Part shown: in pieces, positions 56,170 through 64,000 of the stretch
Numbering within the stretch: position 1 is the stretch's first letter
Layout: the number at the start of each line of letters is the position of its first letter
Origin: an uncultured virus (IMG/VR IMGVR_UViG_3300027736_000024)
Lineage: Duplodnaviria; Heunggongvirae; Uroviricota; Caudoviricetes
Reading direction: 5' to 3' (one strand)
DNA: 64,000 nucleotides
Virus record (IMG/VR): IMGVR_UViG_3300027736_000024
Coordinates: 62,001-126,000 of that record
Translations under genes and position numbers: made by a program
The notes under the pieces: generated by a model
The model's database searches: none
What the model was told of the DNA's origin: nothing
The model's input: the letters and a program-made list of their open reading frames with translations, nothing else

Positions 56170-56322
56170 ATAACCCATTGATACTCAATACTTTATAACC
56201 CATTGATTTCCAATGCTTTATAACTAGTTGATTGCCAATAAAAACTTTTGGAAAACACTAAAATAAATTTTTTTATGTCACCGGAATGGCTTAATTTTAC
56301 TATATAACAAATCAATAACAGT
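56170..56322 (+). promoter_or_regulatory. repeat-promoter cassette copy 5
   Basis: 25-bp units at 56170, 56195, 56220; TGGCTTAATTTTACTAT. Confidence 0.8.
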
Positions 56323-56745
56323 ATGACACAGATTATCAACACAACAAACATTCAAGAAATTGACTTTATCACAGGTAGAACAGGAGAGTACAGAGCTATA
56401 TCAAAGGTTAGAGCCGGGTTCATGGTAGTGGTTGAAGATCTAGGGATCCAAAATAAATGGTCTACAGGAGCCGAGTGGAAGAAGGCTATCGATGTTTTCA
56501 GAAGCTTTAAGAAAGGTGCACTCCAAACAATCCAATTCCGTGCAGAAGGTACAGATCATTGGTTGACTGTATTCGCCAAAGCAGGTACTAAGATTAAGAT
56601 CATGGATGCTCAGATGTTCAGAGATATGGAAGTTGGAGACATCAATCAAAATTGGAGTAACACTAATCTCTGTGATCAGAAACAATATGCCATGGTAAAT
56701 GCCAAGACTTGGGCAAGTAAAGCATTTGTTAAGAATGCTGCCTAA
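56323..56745 (+). CDS. hypothetical protein
   Basis: Directly after cassette. Confidence 0.7.
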   Translation: MTQIINTTNIQEIDFITGRTGEYRAISKVRAGFMVVVEDLGIQNKWSTGAEWKKAIDVFRSFKKGALQTIQFRAEGTDHWLTVFAKAGTKIKIMDAQMFRDMEVGDINQNWSNTNLCDQKQYAMVNAKTWASKAFVKNAA

Positions 56746-56812
56746 CTCTAAAGATAAATTTTTTACTCTCAAAATAAAGTCTTATATTACATTATAAATT
56801 AAAATAAAGGTT

Positions 56813-57616
56813 ATGTCAAAATTATCAATGTCAGCTATCAGTCCTATCAGTTTAGAAACAGCAAGAGAACAAGCACCAGCTATCTTCGCAACCTCACCGG
56901 CTCCTACAATCAAGAGTCCTAAGTATCAGTTCACACCTACCTTCGAGGTTATTGACCACATGAAAAACATGGGGTACGAGTTAACAGCTGCTAAGCAGTC
57001 TAGATCTGGAGTAGACCTTCGTAAGAATTGGGGTATCCACATCACTGAGTTCCAACATCCTGATCTCTACATCAAGGATCCTCAAGGTGATATCGAGGCA
57101 CGTCCAACAGTTGTACTAATCAACTCTCACGATGGTACACGCCCACTTCAATTTGAGATGGGTCTCTTCCGTCTTGTATGTTCTAATGGTCTGATCATCA
57201 AAGACAAAGACTTGGGATCATTCCGTGAAAGGCACACTAAGTACAACTTCCAAGAGGTTAAGGACCTGATCGATTCAAAGGTGTCTGGACTTCAAGATGT
57301 TGTGGGTAAGATAAGCCAATGGAATATGGTAGAGATGACAGACAAACAAAGGTATCAGTTTGCTGTAGAAGCCTTGGCCTTAAGATTGAATACCGATCGT
57401 CAGCCTGAACAGTACGAGGTACTAGATATCCTTAACGCTAAACGTAAGGTAGATGCCCAACCTACACTATGGCACACCTACAATACCGTACAGGAGAACC
57501 TGATCAAAGGCGGCTTCCAATTGAACAACCGTCAGGCTAGGGCTATCAAAAACCCTGTAGAGGATCTAGTTCTTAACCAAGGCCTATGGCAGTTGGCTGA
57601 TGCTTACGCTAACTAA
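56813..57616 (+). CDS. DUF932/DUF945-family protein
   Basis: LINSHDG, GLFRLVCSNGL, LWHTYNTVQENLIKGG, LNQGLW. Confidence 0.88.
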   Translation: MSKLSMSAISPISLETAREQAPAIFATSPAPTIKSPKYQFTPTFEVIDHMKNMGYELTAAKQSRSGVDLRKNWGIHITEFQHPDLYIKDPQGDIEARPTVVLINSHDGTRPLQFEMGLFRLVCSNGLIIKDKDLGSFRERHTKYNFQEVKDLIDSKVSGLQDVVGKISQWNMVEMTDKQRYQFAVEALALRLNTDRQPEQYEVLDILNAKRKVDAQPTLWHTYNTVQENLIKGGFQLNNRQARAIKNPVEDLVLNQGLWQLADAYAN

Positions 57617-57618
57617 TC

Positions 57619-57780
57619 GGGTTAGAGAGGCGAGGTGCTAGTGCCTTACTAGTGCCTTGCTCTCGACCTTTAGCATCGAGCTAGCATGATGGCAAAGGGA
57701 TAGTTCTTGTAGATAGGGGCTTGCTGGCAGGGGGCCCCGCGTTGACCCATCCTGCACACCGGGGAAATTCCCAAAACCCC
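57619..57780 (+). other. GC-rich structured intergenic element
   Basis: ~17-bp hairpin at 57625-57664 plus further GC stems in an AT-rich genome. Confidence 0.5.
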
Positions 57781-57804
57781 ATAAAATATAAATATAAATT
57801 TACA

Positions 57805-58017
57805 ATGGATAATAATATAATAGACTCACTAAAGCGCTTAAGAGAAAACACGACCTTCATAGAGTTTGATGATATCCTTAATAATATAAAAAGAGCAAAT
57901 GATCTTGGTGATCTAGATCGATACCTAGATTCAGTAGAATTTCTAATAGATGCTAAAAATTGTGATCTAGCCGAAGCCTTTGAAAAAGCAATTGTTGATC
58001 TCATTTCAGAACCGTAA
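57805..58017 (+). CDS. hypothetical protein
   Basis: ATG at 57805 after A-rich leader. Confidence 0.6.
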   Translation: MDNNIIDSLKRLRENTTFIEFDDILNNIKRANDLGDLDRYLDSVEFLIDAKNCDLAEAFEKAIVDLISEP

Positions 58018-58048
58018 GCGATTTTTAAATATATAAAAAATAAAAGTT

Positions 58049-58342
58049 ATGTCAAAGAAACTATTTGAAAAGGTCTATCCGTTTGGATTCGAAGTTAATA
58101 AGTTTGAAGGAGATCGGAACTACACTATTACCGGAAATCTTAGAAGAGAGTATTGCTTTAAGGAATACGGTAGTAACTATGATGTTGAGGAACATATACA
58201 GGAGCATATAAATTGTGAAGGGATCGGTTTTGATTCAGAGTTCAGCCAGTTTTTCGCTTATGCGGATACAGAAGAGAGAGCCATACAGTTTTGTGAAGAT
58301 ATCCAGGCTTGGTTTGGGAATATAAAAGAGTTAGTAGGTTAA
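58049..58342 (+). CDS. hypothetical protein
   Basis: AAAAGTTATG start. Confidence 0.65.
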   Translation: MSKKLFEKVYPFGFEVNKFEGDRNYTITGNLRREYCFKEYGSNYDVEEHIQEHINCEGIGFDSEFSQFFAYADTEERAIQFCEDIQAWFGNIKELVG

Positions 58343-58371
58343 TAATTAAATAAAAACAAAAACAGAATAAC

Positions 58372-58515
58372 ATGAGCGAATTCAGAGTCATTTCAACAGT
58401 CAGTCTTGAGAATTTTTCAGAAGTAGTAACAAAGTATCTACAACAGGGTTTTGAGCTTTGGGGAGATCCATTCTTTGCTAATGGTAATTTTTGCCAGGCT
58501 ATAACTAAAAAGTAA
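58372..58515 (+). CDS. DUF1737-like small protein (not in ORF track)
   Basis: VTKYLQQGFELWGDP...FCQAITK. Confidence 0.6.
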   Translation: MSEFRVISTVSLENFSEVVTKYLQQGFELWGDPFFANGNFCQAITKK

Positions 58516-58703
58516 TATATGTCAAAATTACTTATAACAATCTTGGTTATTTGCCTAATCAGTACGATTGCTATATTTGCCTTTGTTAGATCCGGTGAAT
58601 GGTTAGTGGAAAAGTTCCCCCATTCCGGGTTTAGCAGATGGTGGAGAAGAAACGTAGTAGATAGAGATCCTTGGGAATAATAAAATAATAAAAAATAAAA
58701 GTT

Positions 58704-58946
58704 ATGGAAGTTTTAGAATTGATAAAGCAATTGAGTAAGGAAGAGATCCGTGAGTTATTAGGCTACCTAGAGCAACTCAATGAAGCAGGCCTTATAGAAG
58801 AATTTATCTACAAAGTGGATCCGGAAAGGGTAGCCGAGACTATGTATTATGCCTATTATGATCTCATGATCGATTCCGAAACCGGGAAATGGAAGCCCGA
58901 ATTCCAAAAGCTATTCCCAAGCCCGGGGAAAGATCCAATCTATTAA
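58704..58946 (+). CDS. hypothetical protein
   Basis: TAAAAGTTATG start. Confidence 0.6.
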   Translation: MEVLELIKQLSKEEIRELLGYLEQLNEAGLIEEFIYKVDPERVAETMYYAYYDLMIDSETGKWKPEFQKLFPSPGKDPIY

Positions 58947-59044
58947 AAAGAATAAATATGAATTTATGGTTCAATTTGTGATCATTTGGTATCTAGTATT
59001 CGCAGGCACACTATTTGTACTAGAATGTTACCGATTCTTTAAAG

Positions 59045-59329
59045 ATGGCTATAATGAAGAAAACTAAACACTATTTTTTAAAAAGCTTTAAATCCGAATT
59101 TATGAAAAAAGAGAAGATTGACTACACACCTCATTTCTTGACACATGTTCCAGGAGGCCGGAGGTTAGATATCGTATACCAATCAGGTAAAACCTTTAGA
59201 CAGAATAACTGCCACTATCCAGAAAGGTACGTTAGGACTTTAATAGATAAACCTGAATTGGAACCAGTTCGTGAGGCATACTATAATGGAAAACCTTTTT
59301 ACTTCAATGGTAAATTCAATTTCTCATGA
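59045..59329 (+). CDS. hypothetical protein (start uncertain)
   Basis: 94-aa ORF; alternative ATG at 59102. Confidence 0.5.
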   Translation: MAIMKKTKHYFLKSFKSEFMKKEKIDYTPHFLTHVPGGRRLDIVYQSGKTFRQNNCHYPERYVRTLIDKPELEPVREAYYNGKPFYFNGKFNFS

Positions 59330-59498
59330 AGAGGCGAGATCGATTAAATAGGCTAGAGGATCTAGGGTTTTATATAGCCATGATGTTTACCTCTATAATA
59401 ATAGGTTTCTTTATACTAGGTGCCATTGGAAAGATAGCCTCACTTTTTTGGTAATTGATAAATTTGTATATATGATATTTTAGGGCCCCTTCAAAAAC

Positions 59499-59795
59499 GT
59501 GCTTTTTATGACATTCATAATTGTTTTACTTGCTGCAAGTATTATTATTGGTATAGCTTATTGTCTTAGAAAATTTCTATGGTATATAACTTGGTTTCTA
59601 TTTAGTCTAGCTATGCTAGGGCTTCCTGCCATGTTCATAGATCTTGAGATTGGCTTATCAATGATAATCTATGGCTTAGTTATATTGCTAGGAACCTGGC
59701 TACTCATATACGCGTCTGCGGCTATTGTTGCCTTTGTTGCTATACCTATCGCTATTCTTGTAGCTTTTTTTAAAAGCATTTTTAAAATACGCTAA
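59499..59795 (+). CDS. multi-pass membrane protein
   Basis: Almost entirely hydrophobic. Confidence 0.55.
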   Translation: MLFMTFIIVLLAASIIIGIAYCLRKFLWYITWFLFSLAMLGLPAMFIDLEIGLSMIIYGLVILLGTWLLIYASAAIVAFVAIPIAILVAFFKSIFKIR

Positions 59796-59821
59796 TATTT
59801 ATTAATAATAAAAATAATATA

Positions 59822-60073
59822 ATGAGTAAGAAATTTAACTATGAAGTATACCTGAGAAACAATCCTCTACTTTCAGAAGCTTCGGGAGAAGACGAAACAA
59901 GCTCCGAGTGGCAAGAGGGCAGGATGATGATGATAGGTGGAGATAAAATAGGCAGCGCAGTAGAAGATCTATTACAAAATAAGTACGCTCCTGAAGACAT
60001 TTTAAAACTGTGTCAAAAGATCGTAGATCAAAAACAGAAGCGCATGCAAGATTATCAAAACAAATTAAAGTAG
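59822..60073 (+). CDS. late protein with putative cleavable leader
   Basis: MSKKFNYEVYLRNNPLLSE; ATATTTAT at 59795. Confidence 0.65.
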   Translation: MSKKFNYEVYLRNNPLLSEASGEDETSSEWQEGRMMMIGGDKIGSAVEDLLQNKYAPEDILKLCQKIVDQKQKRMQDYQNKLK

Positions 60074-60124
60074 AAAAATTCCGAGTTTTTTACTAAAAAG
60101 AATTGACTATATAAAAATAATATA

Positions 60125-61597
60125 ATGGCAGAAAATTTTGATATTGCAAAATTCCTTAAAGAGAACGCTTTGGGTTCTTATGGAATCTTAGGTAATTATG
60201 TAGACCTTAAACCTCTTAAAGAAGATGATGGATCAGGTTTTTCTGGAAAGATCAGTTTAGATTATTATGATCATCCAAGTATCACTAACTCATTTCAAAA
60301 AAGAGCAGTTAAAGCATTTCAGAAGTACATAGCATCTGAATTTAATGGCACTGCTACTGTATTAAAAGATTCTTTTGATGAGATCATTTTCCAATTATCA
60401 GGTCTTCAAGGAGTTTCTTCTATCGAAGATGTTATAAGCGCATACAAAAAAATGAGAGCCGACGAAATGAATAAAGATTTTCTAGATTCAGGTGGTCCTT
60501 TTTCAATTCTAGCCTCTTGGATGGTATCTAAACCAGAAAAATATGTTACTGATGATTCTGATGATGATAAAGGTTGGGGTAATGATGACGATTCTGAGAA
60601 CAAGAGTTCTTATGTCACTGATTGGTCTGACGACGAAAAAGGTTGGGGCGATGATGAATTTATAGTAGAAAAAAAAAGTGAAAGCAAGGATAAAAAAGTA
60701 GATGTTTATAATGCTGATGAGATTATTTACATGGGAGAAGAACCACTAATGGTGGATAAAAAAACTACTATCAAAAAAGGAGACGCCTTAGATTCAGATA
60801 AGTTAGTAGATGATGACACTAAATATAGAAGAGCCATACTCAGTGTCGATGGTCCACAGTTTAAATACAAAAATCAAATGTATATTTTATATGATATAGA
60901 TCCAGAAGATGATCGTTATGGTTTTGATGACGATGATGATTATGAATCAGGAGGAAGAAGCATTCATTTGACTAAATCATTAGATGAAAAGAAAGAAGAC
61001 CTTGGTGGTTGGGATGGTAATAAAAAGTATAATCAATATAATGGTCAATATGATGATGAATTTGGGCCTGCTATTGCCAACGAAAATGTAGAACAAGAAG
61101 GATTTGATCGTATGATGGGTCTTATAGATCAATCAGTTGTATCTAAACTTCCACTTCTAAAAAAGGCTGTAGATAAAGCTAGATCTAAAGGACTAAGTGA
61201 TGATGCTATATTCAATATGCTATCTAGTAATTCTTTAGTTAGTAAATCAATCGGTGATTTAATTGATGATGGATTTGATTCTCAAGATATTGTAGATTTT
61301 TTCGCTACTGATTTTAATATGATGGAAGAAGGCGAAGGTGAATATATAAGTGCAAAAAACTTTGATTATATGTCGGATGATCAATTAGATGCCGCCGAAG
61401 CATCAGGAGATCTTAAACCAAGTACAGATTCGATTGGTCCAAATGAAGATGTGGATACAGATGTTGATAAAATGAAAGTGTGGGGAGTATATCATAGCAT
61501 ACTAGAATTTTTGAGAGATAAAATAAGTACTGATAAATTAAATCAGAGTGAGGTTGATCAATTAAGAACAAAGTTAGAAGACTTCTTTAAACGATAA
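60125..61597 (+). CDS. very acidic modular protein, putative internal head polyprotein
   Basis: MAENFDIAKFLKEN leader; internal duplication YVTDxSDDxKGWGxD. Confidence 0.7.
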   Translation: MAENFDIAKFLKENALGSYGILGNYVDLKPLKEDDGSGFSGKISLDYYDHPSITNSFQKRAVKAFQKYIASEFNGTATVLKDSFDEIIFQLSGLQGVSSIEDVISAYKKMRADEMNKDFLDSGGPFSILASWMVSKPEKYVTDDSDDDKGWGNDDDSENKSSYVTDWSDDEKGWGDDEFIVEKKSESKDKKVDVYNADEIIYMGEEPLMVDKKTTIKKGDALDSDKLVDDDTKYRRAILSVDGPQFKYKNQMYILYDIDPEDDRYGFDDDDDYESGGRSIHLTKSLDEKKEDLGGWDGNKKYNQYNGQYDDEFGPAIANENVEQEGFDRMMGLIDQSVVSKLPLLKKAVDKARSKGLSDDAIFNMLSSNSLVSKSIGDLIDDGFDSQDIVDFFATDFNMMEEGEGEYISAKNFDYMSDDQLDAAEASGDLKPSTDSIGPNEDVDTDVDKMKVWGVYHSILEFLRDKISTDKLNQSEVDQLRTKLEDFFKR

Positions 61598-61638
61598 GAT
61601 ATTTAAAAATACTAAAAACCCTTGCAACCCATATATTA

Positions 61639-61663
61639 AGGCCCTACTAGTTAGGGCTTTTTT
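61639..61663 (+). terminator. intrinsic terminator (+ strand)
   Basis: GCCCT/AGGGC stem then TTTTTT. Confidence 0.75.
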
Positions 61664-61676
61664 ATTATATGAGCAC

Positions 61677-61700
61677 AAAAAAGCCAGCAAAAGCTGGCCT
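61677..61700 (-). terminator. intrinsic terminator (- strand)
   Basis: GCCAGC/GCTGGC stem with A-tract on + strand. Confidence 0.7.
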
Positions 61701-61732
61701 CTTATTAATATAAAATTAATAAAGAATTAAAA

Positions 61733-61900
61733 CTAAGCGGCTTTCTTTTTAGACGCTACTGACCATGCAGCTCCTGCAAGAGTCATTATGCCTCCTAGGA
61801 TTTCTTGAAATAACGCATCGTCAACTAGGCCTTTTGCAACGATAATACCGCCAACAAAAGTTAATGCATGTCTAATTAGACCTAAAGTTTGATCTTTCAT
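61733..61900 (-). CDS. 55-aa putative holin (Pam3-gp28-like; not in ORF track)
   Basis: MKDQTLGLIRHALTFVGGIIVAKG...GAAWSVASKKKAA, two TM segments. Confidence 0.7.
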   Translation of the reverse strand: MKDQTLGLIRHALTFVGGIIVAKGLVDDALFQEILGGIMTLAGAAWSVASKKKAA

Positions 61901-61957
61901 ATTATTTTTTTTAGTTAAAAATATGTACCCTTGGTACTATAATAAATATCTTGATTT

Positions 61958-62410
61958 CTATTCTAAGTCTTTTCTATAGAATCTTCCTTGTATATTATCA
62001 TTATATGAATCTATACGAAGCACATCTAATTTCATTTGCCAGTAAACTTCCCAATAAGTAAGTTGTTTTTTAGAAAAACAGAGTTGTAAGATCTCTCTAG
62101 TAAATATTTCATTACCTAATTCTTTTCTTTCTAAATTTAGAGTCTTATTACTTCCATAATAACTTAGCCAATCGCTTTCTTTTACCACTTTCTTTTTACG
62201 TGGGACGCGCCCAGGTTTGATCCAGGCCTCGATTTCCTTTTTGGTTAGTATTTTATTATTATTGTTATATAAGACCTTTCTACCTATGTAGAATCGATTT
62301 GTAATAATGTTTGTGACCTTATATATAAAACCGACTGTATTCTCTGGAAAGTCTTCTACTTTGGTAAACTCTCTGTAGCTTCCTAAATTATCATGATGTA
62401 ACCACTTCAT
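61958..62410 (-). CDS. GIY-YIG endonuclease-like protein
   Basis: GFIYKVTN..FYIGRK, ESDWLSYYGS, FTREIL, E, YNDNI. Confidence 0.8.
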   Translation of the reverse strand: MKWLHHDNLGSYREFTKVEDFPENTVGFIYKVTNIITNRFYIGRKVLYNNNNKILTKKEIEAWIKPGRVPRKKKVVKESDWLSYYGSNKTLNLERKELGNEIFTREILQLCFSKKQLTYWEVYWQMKLDVLRIDSYNDNIQGRFYRKDLE

Positions 62411-62419
62411 AAATCTTTA

Positions 62420-62722
62420 TTAACTATCCCATCTGATAACAAAAGTCATATCTGTATTTTGTGGGATAGGATATGGCCTAGATAATTTTCCTACTATTAA
62501 TAATTCATCTTGTGCATTATATAAGCCAACAGTAGTTGTATAAGGATGAAAATCAGATCCTGTTACTGCGTCTATATAAGATCCTGAGCTGCCTGCTTTA
62601 TTTGCACTAGGATTTAAAGTATAGTTAAAATCATTTTCATTTATTTGGCATCTTACTTCATTTTGATAAATGGTAGATTCAGCTACAAAAGATAGTGTAT
62701 ATGGTACTGGTGGGAATGGCAT
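62420..62722 (-). CDS. putative tail/baseplate structural protein
   Basis: PYTTTVGLYN..ELL.VGKLSRP ... FVIRWD; late motif upstream. Confidence 0.55.
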   Translation of the reverse strand: MPFPPVPYTLSFVAESTIYQNEVRCQINENDFNYTLNPSANKAGSSGSYIDAVTGSDFHPYTTTVGLYNAQDELLIVGKLSRPYPIPQNTDMTFVIRWDS

Positions 62723-62736
62723 ACTGTATATAAATA

Positions 62737-64000
62737 TTAGTTTTCCCTTCTTTCTTCAGGAGTATAGTGGGCTATTCTATTATGATTTACAGGACTAGCT
62801 AATAAAACAGCAGGTTTTAAATTTTCTTTTTTAGTTTCTTGAAACATATAACTCATCCAAGTCTGTTCATAAGGACGAGCCCATGTAGTATCTAAAAACA
62901 TTTTTTGGTTTCCTTTCTTTCCTGCAATAGTTGGCCAGTTGCAATAGTAAATATCCCCTGTAATATAACTAAGACCATCTACAACTTCTATTTTATCAAA
63001 TTTAGTTTTAGGAGAATTTGGATCAAGACCTGTTGTTGGTAGTTCATTATATTCAGGCCAAAATTCATTTCTTATTTGTTGTGGAACATTATACCAAGAT
63101 ACTTGAATATTATTATCCATATAAACTTCTGTATACGATAATTTTAAAAAATCAATATCAGAAGAATCTATAATTTTTAATACTTTATCATATAGATCTG
63201 AAATATATGTTCTGAAACCGTTTCTACAAATTCCATTAACAGGTTCGTGTATTCCCATATCGTCTTCTAAAAAGATATAATAATCACTATCTGATTCTTG
63301 AAAGTGTTGTGCGGCTCTAAATCTACCTCCATTAATACCAGTATTTTCATTTGTTATGATGTGTTCAAAATTATACTTTTTACAAATTTCTGCATTAGCT
63401 AATCTAGCTTCATCATTAGTAGAATTATCTATTAAAATATTTCTAGTATTTGTTATCCATTTAGGATGTTTAAGCCAGGTATTTATTGTATGTTCTACTT
63501 GATGAGGAAAATTAAATGTCAACATGTAAAGCGACATTTTTAATTTAGAAGGATCAGTATTTTTTTTAATAAACCGAATTTTTTCCTCTGGTACGGGTTC
63601 TAACTCTACAGTATCATTTAATAGAGCTTGTATAAATTTAACTATTAATCCATTATCATCTAATGCATATCTTCTATATGTTTGAGGTTCTAAGTAAGAC
63701 ATTACGGTAAACAGACTTTCTTCTGTACCCATATAGCCTTCACTAATAGATCTATCTAATAAAGAATAGTACATCGCATTAGCCTCATTTATAACTTCTT
63801 TTCTACCTCCAAATAATCCGCCTCTACAGACATATTCTACTTTTTTAGCAGCATAACGATTAATTGCTTGAAAATCAAATCCATGAATTTCATCAGCAGC
63901 CTGATAAGGATAAGTTAAAAATAAAAATGAATCTAAATGTGGAATTATTTTATCTAATGCTCTATTATCTGAAAAAAACTTTTCATATACTGTATTAGTA
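62737..64000 (-). CDS. HtrL/YibB-like domain plus GT2-like domain, 5'-truncated by window edge
   Basis: Frame open from 63999 through 63774 (CRGGLFGG, MGTEES); C-terminal IDNS, FLEDD. Confidence 0.7.
   Translation of the reverse strand, partial: TNTVYEKFFSDNRALDKIIPHLDSFLFLTYPYQAADEIHGFDFQAINRYAAKKVEYVCRGGLFGGRKEVINEANAMYYSLLDRSISEGYMGTEESLFTVMSYLEPQTYRRYALDDNGLIVKFIQALLNDTVELEPVPEEKIRFIKKNTDPSKLKMSLYMLTFNFPHQVEHTINTWLKHPKWITNTRNILIDNSTNDEARLANAEICKKYNFEHIITNENTGINGGRFRAAQHFQESDSDYYIFLEDDMGIHEPVNGICRNGFRTYISDLYDKVLKIIDSSDIDFLKLSYTEVYMDNNIQVSWYNVPQQIRNEFWPEYNELPTTGLDPNSPKTKFDKIEVVDGLSYITGDIYYCNWPTIAGKKGNQKMFLDTTWARPYEQTWMSYMFQETKKENLKPAVLLASPVNHNRIAHYTPEERREN

Noticed and set aside
57721..57804. 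TTG-start N-terminal extension of ORF 57721
   Set aside because: Runs through the GC-rich structure; ATG at 57805 has the normal A-rich context
3685..60603. Other short minus-strand ORFs in the track (e.g. 13189, 21094, 40584, 52553, 52871, 56440, 57681)
   Set aside because: Shadows of well-supported + strand genes
61958..62410. Intron- or intein-borne homing endonuclease
   Set aside because: Free-standing between intact genes; no interrupted host gene is visible
1..64000. Alternative genetic code (TGA or TAG recoding)
   Set aside because: Standard code gives dense, intact genes; TGA and TAG end recognisable proteins; only one suspicious TGA (40054)
1..64000. Apparent abundance of AGATCT/GATC sites as a sign of DNA modification
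   Set aside because: Impression only; needs observed/expected k-mer counts that could not be computed here

Overview
AT-rich, densely coding segment of a large tailed phage, most likely infecting a Bacteroidota host (tmRNA tag ending YALAA, A-rich initiation regions mostly without Shine-Dalgarno sequences, D-S/T-x glycosylation motifs). Almost everything is on the + strand until convergent terminators at about 61.65 kb. From left to right: (1) a nucleotide module with dUTPase, dCMP deaminase and a thymidylate-synthase homolog carrying T4 gp42 dCMP-hydroxymethylase signatures; (2) a lysis/envelope module with a GH19 endolysin and membrane proteins; (3) an RNA cluster with a tmRNA bearing a 23-aa tag, two expanded tRNA-like elements and competing boxA-like stalks; (4) a ~21 kb glycan biosynthesis island; (5) a long region of small, probably early genes punctuated by five copies of a ~150 bp cassette of 25-bp tandem operator-like units plus a promoter; (6) an array of MKLxKILE-leader proteins, probably capsid-packaged, two with ADP-ribosyltransferase-like motifs. 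The best candidate for a new system is in the glycan island: an RfbH/DdhC 3-dehydratase, an RmlB-like dehydratase, a YerE-like ThDP enzyme, a DmpF/DmpG pair and an SDR reductase. Together these predict phage-encoded synthesis of an erwiniose-type C10 acyl-branched sugar, alongside a GDP-mannose dehydratase plus C-methyltransferase route to a methyl-branched sugar. All calls come from motif reading only; no searches were run.
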